DNA of 64,000 nt from an uncultured Rhodospirillaceae bacterium (lineage in GTDB: Bacteria; Pseudomonadota; Alphaproteobacteria; SP197), in NCBI GenBank assembly GCA_937880925.1, contig CALGGB010000065.1, positions 6,004 to 70,003 of the forward strand, written 5' to 3'. The notes beneath the pieces were generated by a model. It saw nothing but the letters and a program-made list of their open reading frames with translations. It did no database searches and was not told the origin of the DNA. Positions 26,524 to 36,334 of the stretch are shown one piece after another. How positions within the stretch are numbered: the stretch's first letter is position 1; the number at the start of each line of letters is the position of its first letter. Position numbers and translations under genes: made by a program.

Positions 26524-27396
26524 TCAACCGCCGCGCGCGAGCTGCGCCTCGCGGCGGAAGACGTAGATGCCCGCGCCGGCGATCACAGCCGCGCCGACAA
26601 AGGTCCAGATATCGGGCCAGTCGCCGAAGGCGATCCAGCCCGCGATCACCGCCAGGACGATCTCGGCATAGGTAAAGGGCGCCAGGGTGCCGATGGGGGC
26701 ATAACGAAACGCCAGGATCAGGCAGATGTGGCCCAGCGAGGCCAGGCCGCCGATCGTCACCAGCATGGCCCAGTCAAGCGCGCCGGGCGGCTGCCAGATG
26801 CCGGGCACCGCCACCACCACGATACAGGACACCACGGCGCCGAAGACATTGGTCCACACCAGGCTGGTATCGGCGCTGTCGCTGCGCACCACCAGCCGCG
26901 TCGCGACATTGTAGCCCGCCATCATGACCGCCGCGGCCAGAGGCAGGAAATAGGCCCAGTGACGGTCCTCGAAGCCCGGCCGCAGAACAATCAGCATGCC
27001 GATGAAACCGATGGCGATGGCGCTCCAGCGGCGCAGGCCCACCTTTTCGCCCAGCACGGGAATCGACAGCGCCGTGCCGATCAGCGGCGCGATGAAGCCG
27101 ATGGCGATGGCGTCGGCCAGCGGCATGAAGGTGATCGCCGTGAAGAACACCGCCGTGGTCGAGACCAGCAGCACCGAGCGCAAAAGCTGCAGCCAGGGCC
27201 GCTTGGTGCGCAGGGAAACCCGCAGACGCCGCGGTGGCACCATGAGCGGCAGCAGCAGCACCGAAAAGAAGTAACGCCCCCAAACGACCTGCAGCGGATC
27301 GAGCACGCCACCCATGAACTTCGCCACGGTATCCAGGCTGACGAAGCAGAGGATCGCGAGCAGGACAAAGAGGATGCCGCGCGGAATGTTGTCCAA
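26524..27396 (-). CDS. DMT-superfamily (EamA-like) transporter, paralog A
   Basis: 10 TM helices. About 70% identical to the adjacent paralog. The ORF-track ATG at 27576 overlaps the upstream paralog by 120 bp. The real start is probably a TTG near LDNIPRG (about 27396). Start uncertain. Confidence 0.6.
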   Translation of the reverse strand: MDNIPRGILFVLLAILCFVSLDTVAKFMGGVLDPLQVVWGRYFFSVLLLPLMVPPRRLRVSLRTKRPWLQLLRSVLLVSTTAVFFTAITFMPLADAIAIGFIAPLIGTALSIPVLGEKVGLRRWSAIAIGFIGMLIVLRPGFEDRHWAYFLPLAAAVMMAGYNVATRLVVRSDSADTSLVWTNVFGAVVSCIVVVAVPGIWQPPGALDWAMLVTIGGLASLGHICLILAFRYAPIGTLAPFTYAEIVLAVIAGWIAFGDWPDIWTFVGAAVIAGAGIYVFRREAQLARGG

Positions 27397-27454
27397 GGCC
27401 GGATCCGGTTCGATATGGAGGAATGCGTCGCGTCGTTGCGGGCGGGGGGTTCTA

Positions 27455-28447
27455 TCACGTCCGCGGCGGCGCGGAAGACAGGCTGGCGCGTGCCTGGCGC
27501 GCCAGGATGGCCTCGCGTCGGAAGACGTAGATACCCGAACCGGCGACCACGGCGGCCCCGACCAGGGTCCAGGCATCCGGCCAGTCGTTGAAGATCAGCC
27601 AGCCCGCGATCACCGCCAGCACGATGTGCCCGAAGGTGAAGGGCGCCAGAGTCGAGACCGGGGCACTGCGATAGGCCAGGATCAGGCAGAAGTGCCCGAT
27701 CGAGCCGAAGGCGCCGATCGCCACCAGCAGGCCCCACTGGATGGCATCGGGCGCCGTCCAGACGCCGGGCAGCGACACGATCGCGATGGTCGAGACCACG
27801 GCGCCGAAGACATTGGTGTAGGCAAGGCTGGTGTCGGCGGTGTCGTGGCGCACGACCAGGCGGGTACAGACGTTGTAGGTCGCCATGAGCGTGGCAACGA
27901 TAAGCGGCAGGAAATAGGCCCAGTGGCGCTCCTCGAAGCCCGGCCGCAGCACGATCATGATGCCGACGAAGCCGATGGCGATGGCGCTCCAGCGCCGCAC
28001 GCCCACCTTCTCGCCCAGGATGGGGATGGCGAGTGCGGTGGCCAGCAGGGGCGAGACGAAGCCAATGGCGATGGCGTCGGCGAGCGGGATGTACTTGATC
28101 GCCGTGAAGAAGGTGGCGGTCGTTGCCGCCAGAAGGGCGCCGCGCAGCAGTTGCAGCCAGGGCCGCTTGCTGCGCACGGCCAGACGAAGGCGGCGCGGCC
28201 CCATCAGGAAGGGCAGCAGGAGAACCGAGAAGATATAGCGCCCCCAGACCACCTGCATCGGGTCGAGCGAACCGGTCATGAACTTCGCCGTGGAATCGAG
28301 TGAGACGAAGAAGACGATGGACAGCAGGACGAAGGTGATGCCGCGGGGGATGTTGTCCAAGAATGGTCCGATCCGGTGGGAACCCTCTGCTTCTAGTGCG
28401 GATCGCCAAGGGATGAAACCGATACCTTGGGCGCCAAAGATCGCCAT
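27455..28447 (-). CDS. DMT-superfamily (EamA-like) transporter, paralog B
   Basis: 330 aa. Same architecture and conserved blocks as paralog A (LDNIPRGI, RPWLQLLR, WSAIAIGF, GIYVFRREA). Confidence 0.7.
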   Translation of the reverse strand: MAIFGAQGIGFIPWRSALEAEGSHRIGPFLDNIPRGITFVLLSIVFFVSLDSTAKFMTGSLDPMQVVWGRYIFSVLLLPFLMGPRRLRLAVRSKRPWLQLLRGALLAATTATFFTAIKYIPLADAIAIGFVSPLLATALAIPILGEKVGVRRWSAIAIGFVGIMIVLRPGFEERHWAYFLPLIVATLMATYNVCTRLVVRHDTADTSLAYTNVFGAVVSTIAIVSLPGVWTAPDAIQWGLLVAIGAFGSIGHFCLILAYRSAPVSTLAPFTFGHIVLAVIAGWLIFNDWPDAWTLVGAAVVAGSGIYVFRREAILARQARASLSSAPPRT

Positions 28448-28500
28448 TGCCGACGCCCCGGCAACGGGTGTTCACTTTGGCAGTTGCGGAGATTTCAGCC

Positions 28501-29376
28501 ATGAACACGGCCTTGCCCCGGGCGATCACGCCTGAAGAGATCGAGACTTTCCAGCGCGACGGCGTCGTGTGCCTGCGGGGCCTGTTCGACGGCGACTGGG
28601 TCGAGGAACTGCGCCGGGGCCTGGCGCGCAACCGCTCCGAACCCGGCCACCGCTCCCGCATCTACGACCGCACCGCCGACAACCAGACCTTCTTCTATGA
28701 TTCCGATTCCTGGCAGCGCATCGCCGAATACGAACGGTTCGTGCGCAAGAGTCCGTGTGCCGAGATCGCCGCGACCCTGATGGGCTCATCCAAGGCCAAC
28801 CTGTTTTTTGATGCCGTCTTCCTGCGCGGCACGGGCCAGCAGTTCCGCACCCCATGGCACCAGGACGAGCCCTACTGGTCGATCCGCGGCATGCAGACCG
28901 TGAGCATCTGGATGCCGATGGTCGAGGTCGAGAAGAAGAGCGCCCTGGAATTCATCCCCGGCAGCCACCTGTGGACGCAGAACTACCGCCAGAAGGACTT
29001 CGCCGAGCTCAACCCCGACGGCCAGCAGGGCATCGCAACGGCAAAACTCGATGGCGAGGACTGGCTGCCCCTGCCCGATTTCGACGCCGACCCCGTACGC
29101 TGGAACGTCACCTCCTGGGACATGGCGCCGGGCGATGCCGCCTGCTTCAACGCCCGCCTGTTCCATGGCGGATCGGGAAGGCTGGCGGAAGGCCGCGAAC
29201 TCAGCGTCTTCAACACCAAGTGGCTGGGCGACGACGTGCGCTGCGCCTTCCGCCCCTATGGCATGGACCCCGACCACACAGGCAAGATGCGCGCCGCGGG
29301 CATGGCCGACGGCGACCCGATCGACGGCCGCGTGTATCCCCAGATCTGGCCGCCGATGGCCTCGCAGGCCGCCTGA
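28501..29376 (+). CDS. Phytanoyl-CoA dioxygenase (PhyH) family protein
   Basis: About 291 aa. HQDEPYW (His-x-Asp) facial-triad motif and a C-terminal Fe-ligand region (FHGGSG). Confidence 0.75.
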   Translation: MNTALPRAITPEEIETFQRDGVVCLRGLFDGDWVEELRRGLARNRSEPGHRSRIYDRTADNQTFFYDSDSWQRIAEYERFVRKSPCAEIAATLMGSSKANLFFDAVFLRGTGQQFRTPWHQDEPYWSIRGMQTVSIWMPMVEVEKKSALEFIPGSHLWTQNYRQKDFAELNPDGQQGIATAKLDGEDWLPLPDFDADPVRWNVTSWDMAPGDAACFNARLFHGGSGRLAEGRELSVFNTKWLGDDVRCAFRPYGMDPDHTGKMRAAGMADGDPIDGRVYPQIWPPMASQAA

Positions 29377-29450
29377 ACGGAACGCAACCACAAGCATCTG
29401 TTGCACCCGCGGTGCCGGCCTGAGAAGCTGTGGCCGAAGAGGAAGCCGGC

Positions 29451-31043
29451 ATGCAGCACGATGTCGATGTGCTTGTGGTCGGAGCGGGCCCGGTGGGGCT
29501 GTTCCTGGCCTGCGACCTGGCGCGGCGCGGTATCGCCGTGCGCCTGGTCGATCGTAATGGCGGGCCCACGGACCTTTCCAAGGCGCTGGGCATTCATGCC
29601 CGCACGATGGAGGCCTTCCAGGATCTGGGCATCGCCGAGAGGGCGCTGGAGCGTGGCCTGCCGATCCCTTCCGCAACGTTCCATTCCCACCGCCGCCAAC
29701 TGGGCCGTGTCCGCTTCGAGCGGCTGGAGAGCCCCTATCCGTTCCTGCTCGACCTCGAACAGGGCCAGACCGAACGACTGCTGATGGAGCACCTGGGCGA
29801 ACTGGGCGGGCGCGACGAACGCAATTGCGCGCTGACCGGCTTCGAACAGGATGAAGACGGCGTAACGGCAAGCCTGGAACACGGCGACGGAAGGCGCGAA
29901 ACCTGCCGGGCACGTTATCTGGTGGGTTGCGACGGCGCCCACAGCACGGTGCGCCATGCGCTGGGGCTGGGTTTTGCCGGCGAGTCGCTGCAGGCCAACA
30001 TGCTGCTGGCCGATGTCATGCTGGACTGGTCGATCCCCTACAACGAGGTGATCATCGCCTTTGCGGGCGGTTCGCTGCTGTTTGTCGCGCCGCTGGCATC
30101 GGGGCGCGCGCGCGTCATCGGCGACCTGCACGAAGACATGGAGGCGCCTGATCTGGCCACCGTCCAGGCCATGCTGGACGAACGCAGCCCGGTCGCGGCG
30201 CGCGCCAGCGATCCGGTCTGGATCACCAACTTCCGCATCAGCGAACGCCAGGTCGAACGCTACCGCGAACGCCGCGTCTTCCTGGCGGGCGATGCCGCCC
30301 ATATCCACAGCCCGGCAGGCGGCCAGGGCATGAACACCGGCATCCAGGATGCCTACAACCTGGCCTGGAAGCTGGCCCTGGCGGTGGGCGAGGCCGGCGC
30401 GCGCGGCCTGCTCGACAGCTATGATGCCGAGCGGCGCCCTGTGGGCGCACAGGTCCTGGCCCAGACCGGGCGCATGCTGCGCACCGCCCAGGTCGCCAAT
30501 CCTCTGGGCCGTTTCCTGCGCGACAGCGCCATCAGCCTGCTGATGGCGCGCAGGCGCGTGCAGAAGTCCATCACCCGCCAGCTTTCCCAACTCGCCGTGG
30601 AATACGGCGGCAGTCCCATCGTGATGACGTCCTGGCACCATGCCCACCAGGGCCTGCAGGCCGGTCAGCGTGCGCCTGACGGCCCTGTGGTGGATGCACG
30701 CGACGGCGCCCGCACGACCCTGTTCGAGGCGATGCGGGGTACGGGTCATGTCCTGCTGGGTTTCGGTGCGGGCGACGAGACAGGGCCCCTGCTGCAGGCC
30801 GCCGAGGCGGCCGTGGAACGCCATGGCAGCCATGTCCGCGCCCTGCTGGTGATGCCCGGCGAGGAAAGGCCGCCGGCAGGCTTCAGCCATGTCGACCCCG
30901 GCGGCAAGCTGCATGGGCTCTACGGTGCCTCGGCGCCCAGCCTCTATTGCATCCGCCCCGACGGCTATGTCGGCCTCGCCTGCAGACCTCCCGACATTGT
31001 CGCCGTGGGCCGATATTTCGCGCGTATCTTCCGTTCCGATTGA
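29451..31043 (+). CDS. FAD-dependent aromatic-ring monooxygenase (FAD_binding_3, phenol hydroxylase/MhpA-like)
   Basis: Dinucleotide fold [31 protein letters not shown]; DG motif CDGAHSTVR; GD motif [32 protein letters not shown]-terminal thioredoxin-like extension. RBS GAGGAAG upstream of the ATG at 29451. Confidence 0.8.
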   Translation: MQHDVDVLVVGAGPVGLFLACDLARRGIAVRLVDRNGGPTDLSKALGIHARTMEAFQDLGIAERALERGLPIPSATFHSHRRQLGRVRFERLESPYPFLLDLEQGQTERLLMEHLGELGGRDERNCALTGFEQDEDGVTASLEHGDGRRETCRARYLVGCDGAHSTVRHALGLGFAGESLQANMLLADVMLDWSIPYNEVIIAFAGGSLLFVAPLASGRARVIGDLHEDMEAPDLATVQAMLDERSPVAARASDPVWITNFRISERQVERYRERRVFLAGDAAHIHSPAGGQGMNTGIQDAYNLAWKLALAVGEAGARGLLDSYDAERRPVGAQVLAQTGRMLRTAQVANPLGRFLRDSAISLLMARRRVQKSITRQLSQLAVEYGGSPIVMTSWHHAHQGLQAGQRAPDGPVVDARDGARTTLFEAMRGTGHVLLGFGAGDETGPLLQAAEAAVERHGSHVRALLVMPGEERPPAGFSHVDPGGKLHGLYGASAPSLYCIRPDGYVGLACRPPDIVAVGRYFARIFRSD

Positions 31044-31099
31044 GCGCGGCGTCACGGCGGGCGATAAGGCGCCCTGGAGTGCGTGAAGGGGGCCTTGCC

Positions 31100-31603
31100 A
31101 TGAACCAGGGATCAGCGCCGGTGGAACACACCGGCCTCGACGTCGTCGTGAAGCCCGAATGGATCGACTTCAACGGCCACATGAACATCGCCTACTACGT
31201 CGCCGCCTTCGACCTTGCGACCGACAACCTGTTCCGCATCGTCACACCCGACATCTGGGACGGCGACACCTTCCTTGGCGGCTTCTATGCCGTGGAGATG
31301 CACATCACCTACGAGCGCGAACTCTATGAGGGCCAGCCCCTGCGCTTCACGACACAGCTCCTGGGTGTCGACGACAAGCGCCTGCATTTCTTCCATCGCA
31401 TGTATCACGCAGAGGACGGCTATCTGGCCGCCACCAACGAGTTGATGTTCCTGTGCATCGATCGCGAAACCCGCCGCGCCGGGCCGATGGCGCCGCACCA
31501 CTTCGAGATCTGGGAGAAGCTGGCGCAGCGCCACGGCCTGATGCCCAGGCCGCACCAGGCCGGCCGCGTCATGTCGGTCAAATCGAGGAAGCCTGGGCGA
31601 TGA
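31100..31603 (+). CDS. Acyl-CoA thioesterase, hotdog fold (4HBT-like)
   Basis: 167 aa. DFNGHMNIAYYVAAFDLATDNLF is the typical 4HBT/YbgC active-site region. Confidence 0.7.
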   Translation: MNQGSAPVEHTGLDVVVKPEWIDFNGHMNIAYYVAAFDLATDNLFRIVTPDIWDGDTFLGGFYAVEMHITYERELYEGQPLRFTTQLLGVDDKRLHFFHRMYHAEDGYLAATNELMFLCIDRETRRAGPMAPHHFEIWEKLAQRHGLMPRPHQAGRVMSVKSRKPGR

Positions 31604-32829
31604 ACACCCCCAACGACATCGTCCGCCCGGAGATCGAGACCGGCTCGCCGCCCCATCCCGAGCCACTCCCCCTGACACCCGCACAGATGCGGCGCAGCCT
31701 GGGCGCGGTGATCGCCAGCGCCTTTGCCGCTTCGCTCACCTTCTCTGTCTGCATGCCGCTGCTCGCCCTGATCCTGGAGCGGCGCGGCACCTCCGACATC
31801 ATCATCGGCCTCAATACCGCGGCCTCGCCCGCGGGTCTGCTGATCTTCACCGTCCTGATGCCCCGGATCGTGGCCCGGCTTGGAACCATGCGCGCGCTGT
31901 ACCTGGGCTTCATCCTGATGATCTTCTCGATCGTCCTGTTCCCGGTGCTCGACAACGTGTGGCTGTGGTTCCCGCTGCGCTTCCTGATGGGCATCGGCAT
32001 CGCCATCCACTGGGTGGTGAGCGAGACCTGGATCAACACCCTGGTCGACAACCGCATCCGCGGGCGCGTCATGGGCATCTACGTCACCGCGCTGTCGGCC
32101 GGCTCGCTGGTCGGCATCCTGACGCTCTATCTGGTCGGCTCGGAAGGCACCGATCCGTTCTTCATCATCGCCGCGGTGATGGCCATGGGCGTCATGCCCC
32201 TGGTCCTGGCGCGCGATCTGGCGCCGGGCATCGCGGTGCACGAGAGCTTCGGCCTGCTGGCGGCCATGCGGCGGGCCCCGACCGTAATGTCGGCGGCACT
32301 GACCGACGGCTTCGTCATGGGCGCGCTCTTTGCCTTCTTCCTGATCTATGCCCAGCGCATGGGGTTCGATGAGGAGAACGCGCTGGTCATGTTCATCGTG
32401 CTGTCGGTCGGCAACGCCACCCTGCAATACCTGGTGGGCATGCTCGCGGACCGCTTCAACAAACGCATGCTGCTGATCGTTTTCGCCCTGCTGGTGGCCG
32501 GCGGCACGCTGCTGCTGCCCTTCGCGATGTCCGATCCGCTGCTGCTGTGGCCTACGCTGTTCCTGTGGGGCGGCATCATGGGCGGCATCTATACCTGCGG
32601 CATCGCGCTGATCGGCGAACGCTTTCGCCGCGACGAGCTGGCCGCGGCCAACGCGAGTTTCATCTTCACCTACGAGTTCGGCCATCTGCTGGGCCCGACG
32701 GTGGCCGGAATTGCCATGGCGCTCTGGGATCCACACGGCCTGATTGTGGTCGCCGTGGGTGCCGGACTGATGTTCGCGCTGGTCGCTTCCGTGCGCCAGG
32801 CAAGAATAGGCAGGAAGGTTGTCCGATAA
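31600..32829 (+). CDS. MFS transporter
   Basis: 409 aa, 12 TM helices. Its start overlaps the thioesterase stop (ATGA at 31600-31603). Confidence 0.8.
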   Translation: MNTPNDIVRPEIETGSPPHPEPLPLTPAQMRRSLGAVIASAFAASLTFSVCMPLLALILERRGTSDIIIGLNTAASPAGLLIFTVLMPRIVARLGTMRALYLGFILMIFSIVLFPVLDNVWLWFPLRFLMGIGIAIHWVVSETWINTLVDNRIRGRVMGIYVTALSAGSLVGILTLYLVGSEGTDPFFIIAAVMAMGVMPLVLARDLAPGIAVHESFGLLAAMRRAPTVMSAALTDGFVMGALFAFFLIYAQRMGFDEENALVMFIVLSVGNATLQYLVGMLADRFNKRMLLIVFALLVAGGTLLLPFAMSDPLLLWPTLFLWGGIMGGIYTCGIALIGERFRRDELAAANASFIFTYEFGHLLGPTVAGIAMALWDPHGLIVVAVGAGLMFALVASVRQARIGRKVVR

Positions 32830-32936
32830 AGGGCCGGAATCCAAACAACTGGACCCAAGCCACTGGTCGTGCCTATGCTGCTCGAAGATCGGCTTTCTCA
32901 TAATGGCCGCCAATACTCGCATCCATGGGAGGGCAC

Positions 32937-33959
32937 ATGATGCAACCTATCAAAACGATCGCACTATCCTTTGCAGCAGTTCTGCTGGCCGGACAGGCCT
33001 TTGCCGGAGCCACGCTGGACGGCATCAAGGCCAACGATTCGCTGCGCTGCGGCGTCTCCGGCAGCCTTGCCGGATTCTCGCTGCCTGACAGCCAGGGCGT
33101 AATGCAGGGTCTGGACGCCGATGTCTGCCGCGCCGTGGCCGCCGCCATCCTGGGCGACTCCGAGAAGGTGGAATTCGTACCTCTTTCGGCCCAGCAGCGC
33201 TTCACCGCCCTGCAGTCAGGCGAGGTCGATCTTCTCTCGCGCAACACCACCTGGACGCTCACCCGCGACACCTCGCTGGGCCTCGATTTCACCGGCGTCA
33301 CCTTCTACGACGGTCAGGGCTTCATGGTCCCGACCTCGCTGGGCGTTTCCTCGGTCAGCGAACTCGACGGCGCCGCGGTCTGCGTCCAGACCGGCACCAC
33401 GACCGAGAAGAACCTCACCGACTTCTTCCGCGCGACCGGCATGAGCTTCCAGCCTGTCGTGTTCGAAGGCTTCGAAGAGTCGGTCACGGCCTTCATCAAC
33501 GGCCGTTGCGACGCCTACACCACCGATGCCTCGGGCCTGGCCTCGATCCGCGTCTCCAACGTCTCGAACCCGGACGACTATGTCATCCTGCCCGAGATCA
33601 TCTCCAAGGAGCCGCTTGGCCCCGTCGTGCGTAACGACGACGGCGAAATGTTCGATGTCGTCCGCTGGACGGTCTTTGCGATGCTGAACGCCGAAGAGGC
33701 AGGCATCACCTCGGAGAACATCGACAGCTTCAAGGGCAGCGAAGATCCCAACATCGCGCGCATCATGGGCGATGAGCCCGGCATGGGCACGGCCATGGGC
33801 ATCGACGATACCTGGGCCTACAACGTCATCTCGCAGGTGGGCAACTACGGCGAGGTGTTCGAGCGCAATGTCGGCGCCAGCACGCCGCTGGGCTTCCAGC
33901 GCGGCATCAATGCCCTGTGGACGCAGGGCGGCCTGATGTACGGCCCGCCGATCCGCTGA
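32937..33959 (+). CDS. aapJ: General L-amino acid ABC transporter substrate-binding protein
   Basis: Signal peptide plus a family-3 solute-binding fold. Gene order and sizes match the rhizobial aapJQMP operon. RBS GGGAGGG upstream. Confidence 0.85.
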   Translation: MMQPIKTIALSFAAVLLAGQAFAGATLDGIKANDSLRCGVSGSLAGFSLPDSQGVMQGLDADVCRAVAAAILGDSEKVEFVPLSAQQRFTALQSGEVDLLSRNTTWTLTRDTSLGLDFTGVTFYDGQGFMVPTSLGVSSVSELDGAAVCVQTGTTTEKNLTDFFRATGMSFQPVVFEGFEESVTAFINGRCDAYTTDASGLASIRVSNVSNPDDYVILPEIISKEPLGPVVRNDDGEMFDVVRWTVFAMLNAEEAGITSENIDSFKGSEDPNIARIMGDEPGMGTAMGIDDTWAYNVISQVGNYGEVFERNVGASTPLGFQRGINALWTQGGLMYGPPIR

Positions 33960-33973
33960 TCGGAAGCAAACGC

Positions 33974-34005
33974 ACCGCCGCCCGGAGTTCTTCCGGGCGG
34001 CGGTG
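33974..34005 (+). promoter_or_regulatory. Intra-operon stem-loop between aapJ and aapQ
   Basis: Perfect inverted repeat GCCGCCCGGA-gttct-TCCGGGCGGC immediately after the aapJ stop. This is a typical attenuating hairpin that keeps binding-protein mRNA in excess of permease mRNA. Confidence 0.45.
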
Positions 34006-35214
34006 GCGGTTTCCGCCATGACCATTCAGCATCAGTCCAGCGATGTGCAAGCCGCCGCTCCGGCGCGCGCGGCCTTCTACAACGACCCCACCGTTCGCGC
34101 GATCTTCTGGCAGGTCGTGGTCTGCGGCGCGGTCCTGGCCCTGATCGGCTATCTGGTATCGAACGCGCTCGACAACCTTGCGCGCCAGAACATCGCCTCG
34201 GGCTTCGCTTTCCTCGATCTGCCTGCCGGTTTTGCCATCGGCGAAGGCATGATCGACTACGACCCTTCCAACACCTACCTGCGCGCCATCGTGCTGGGCG
34301 TGCTCAACACCATCAAGGTGGCGGTGGCGGGCATCATCTTTGCCACCATCATCGGCGTCATCGTGGGTGTCGCGCGGCTCTCGCCCAACTGGCTGGTGGC
34401 CCGCTTCGCGACTGTTTACATCGAAGCCCTGCGCAACGTGCCGCTGCTGCTGCAGCTGTTCTTCTGGTACGCGCTGCTGGTCGAGGCCCTGCCCATCGCG
34501 CGCGAGGCCTATGGCCCGATCATGGGTTTCTACCTTTCCAACCGCGGCCTCAACGTGCCGCTGCCCGACGACATCGGCTTTGTCTTTCCGCTGGTCGGAC
34601 TGCTGCTGGCGATAGCCGGTTCGGTCTGGCTCTACCGGCGCAACAAGCGCATCCATGACGCCACCGGAGAGACGCCCAACACGATTGTTCCCGTCCTCAT
34701 CATGCTGGTCGTCTTTCCCTTCCTGGGCTGGGTCGCCGGCGGTTTTCCGACCGCATTCGACACGCCCGAACTGAAGGGCTTTTCGTTCAACGGCGGCGGC
34801 GTGGTCTCGGCCGAATTCATGGCGTTGTGGCTGGGCCTGACGCTCTACACCGCCAGCTTCATCGCCGAGATCGTGCGAAGCGGCATCCAGGCCGTGACCA
34901 AGGGCCAGTGGGAGGCCGCGGGCGCGCTTGGCCTGCGCCGCGGTCAGATCCTGCGTTTCGTGGTCCTGCCCCAGGCTTTGCGCGTCATCATCCCGCCGAC
35001 CACCAGCCAGTACCTGAACCTGACCAAGAACAGCTCGCTTGCCGTCGCGATCGGATATCCCGACATCGTCTCGATCGCGGGCACGACGCTGAACCAGACC
35101 GGCCAGGCCATCGAAGGCATCGCCATCATCATGGCGGTCTATCTGACACTCAGCCTTTCGATCTCGGCGTTCATGAACTGGTACAACAAGAAGATCGCGC
35201 TGGTGGACCGCTGA
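34003..35214 (+). CDS. aapQ: General L-amino acid ABC transporter permease
   Basis: 403 aa. Long N-terminal periplasmic/TM extension plus a BPD_transp_1 domain (EAA-like loop ...IRSGIQAVTKGQWEAAGALGL). Confidence 0.85.
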   Translation: MAVSAMTIQHQSSDVQAAAPARAAFYNDPTVRAIFWQVVVCGAVLALIGYLVSNALDNLARQNIASGFAFLDLPAGFAIGEGMIDYDPSNTYLRAIVLGVLNTIKVAVAGIIFATIIGVIVGVARLSPNWLVARFATVYIEALRNVPLLLQLFFWYALLVEALPIAREAYGPIMGFYLSNRGLNVPLPDDIGFVFPLVGLLLAIAGSVWLYRRNKRIHDATGETPNTIVPVLIMLVVFPFLGWVAGGFPTAFDTPELKGFSFNGGGVVSAEFMALWLGLTLYTASFIAEIVRSGIQAVTKGQWEAAGALGLRRGQILRFVVLPQALRVIIPPTTSQYLNLTKNSSLAVAIGYPDIVSIAGTTLNQTGQAIEGIAIIMAVYLTLSLSISAFMNWYNKKIALVDR

Positions 35215-35215
35215 G

Positions 35216-36325
35216 ATGACCGAGCGCACCGTACAGCCGCACGAAGACTGGAGCCGCCCGCCGGCCGCCACCACCGGCGCCATCGGCTGGATGCGCAAGA
35301 ACCTGTTCAGCACCTGGCTCAACAGCGCGATGACCCTGGGCGCGCTCTACGTTCTGCTGACGACGATTCCGGGTCTCATACAGTGGGCCTTCATCGACGC
35401 CATCTGGGGCGACAACCCGCCCGAGGTCTGCAAGAACGTGCCCGGCGCCTGCTGGTCGTTCATCTACGAGAAGTACCGCTTCATCCTGTTCGGCGTGTAC
35501 CCGTGGGAGGAACACTGGCGCCCGCTGCTGGCCATGATCATCTTCCTGACCCTGATCTTCGGGTCCTGCATCAAGCCGCTGTGGGCGCTGGGCAAGTGGA
35601 TCATCGCGATCTGGGTCGTCGGCCTGACCATGGTCGGCATTCTGATGTGGGGCGGCATCCTGGGCATGGAATATGTCGACCAGTCGCAGTGGGGCGGCCT
35701 GCCGCTGACCCTGTTCCTGGCGACCTTCGGGGCCGTGCTCTCCTTCCCTCTGGCGATCCTGCTGGCGCTTGGCCGACGCTCGAACATGCCCGCGATCAAG
35801 GCGATCTGTGTCGCCTATATCGAGCTGATCCGCGGCGTGCCACTGATCTCCATCCTGTTCATGGCCTCGGTCATGTTCCCGCTGTTCCTGCCCACCGGCG
35901 TCTCCATCGACAAGCTGCTGCGCGCCGTCGTCGGCCTCATCCTGTTTTCGGCGGCCTATGGCGCGGAGATCGTGCGCGGCGGTCTGCAGGCGATCCCGCG
36001 CGGCCAGTACGAAGCCGCCGACGCCATGGGCCTCACCTACTGGCAGAAGATGGGCAAGGTCATCCTTCCCCAGGCCCTGCGCATCACCATTCCGCCCATG
36101 GTCAACGGCTTCATCGGCGGCTTCAAGGACACCTCGCTGGTCCTGATCATCGGCCTGTTCGACCTACTCTACACCACGCGCCTGGCCTTCCAGGACGTCA
36201 ACTGGCGACCCTATTTCGTCGAGGGTTATGTCTTCTGCGCGCTGATCTATTTCTGCTTCTGCTTCTTCATGTCGCGCTACAGCCAGTGGCTCGAGCGCGA
36301 TCTGGTCAAGGGCCAGAACTACTAG
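35216..36325 (+). CDS. aapM: General L-amino acid ABC transporter permease
   Basis: 369 aa. BPD_transp_1 with IVRGGLQAIPRGQYEAADAMGL. Starts 2 nt after aapQ. Confidence 0.85.
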   Translation: MTERTVQPHEDWSRPPAATTGAIGWMRKNLFSTWLNSAMTLGALYVLLTTIPGLIQWAFIDAIWGDNPPEVCKNVPGACWSFIYEKYRFILFGVYPWEEHWRPLLAMIIFLTLIFGSCIKPLWALGKWIIAIWVVGLTMVGILMWGGILGMEYVDQSQWGGLPLTLFLATFGAVLSFPLAILLALGRRSNMPAIKAICVAYIELIRGVPLISILFMASVMFPLFLPTGVSIDKLLRAVVGLILFSAAYGAEIVRGGLQAIPRGQYEAADAMGLTYWQKMGKVILPQALRITIPPMVNGFIGGFKDTSLVLIIGLFDLLYTTRLAFQDVNWRPYFVEGYVFCALIYFCFCFFMSRYSQWLERDLVKGQNY

Positions 36326-36334
36326 GAGACCGCC

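Noticed and set aside
29256-31055. 599-aa ORF on the - strand
   Set aside because: Antisense to the FAD monooxygenase, whose GxGxxG/DG/GD motifs are intact on the + strand.
31420-32922. 500-aa ORF on the - strand
   Set aside because: Antisense to the 12-TM MFS transporter. The translation is His/Asp/Gln-rich and non-membrane.
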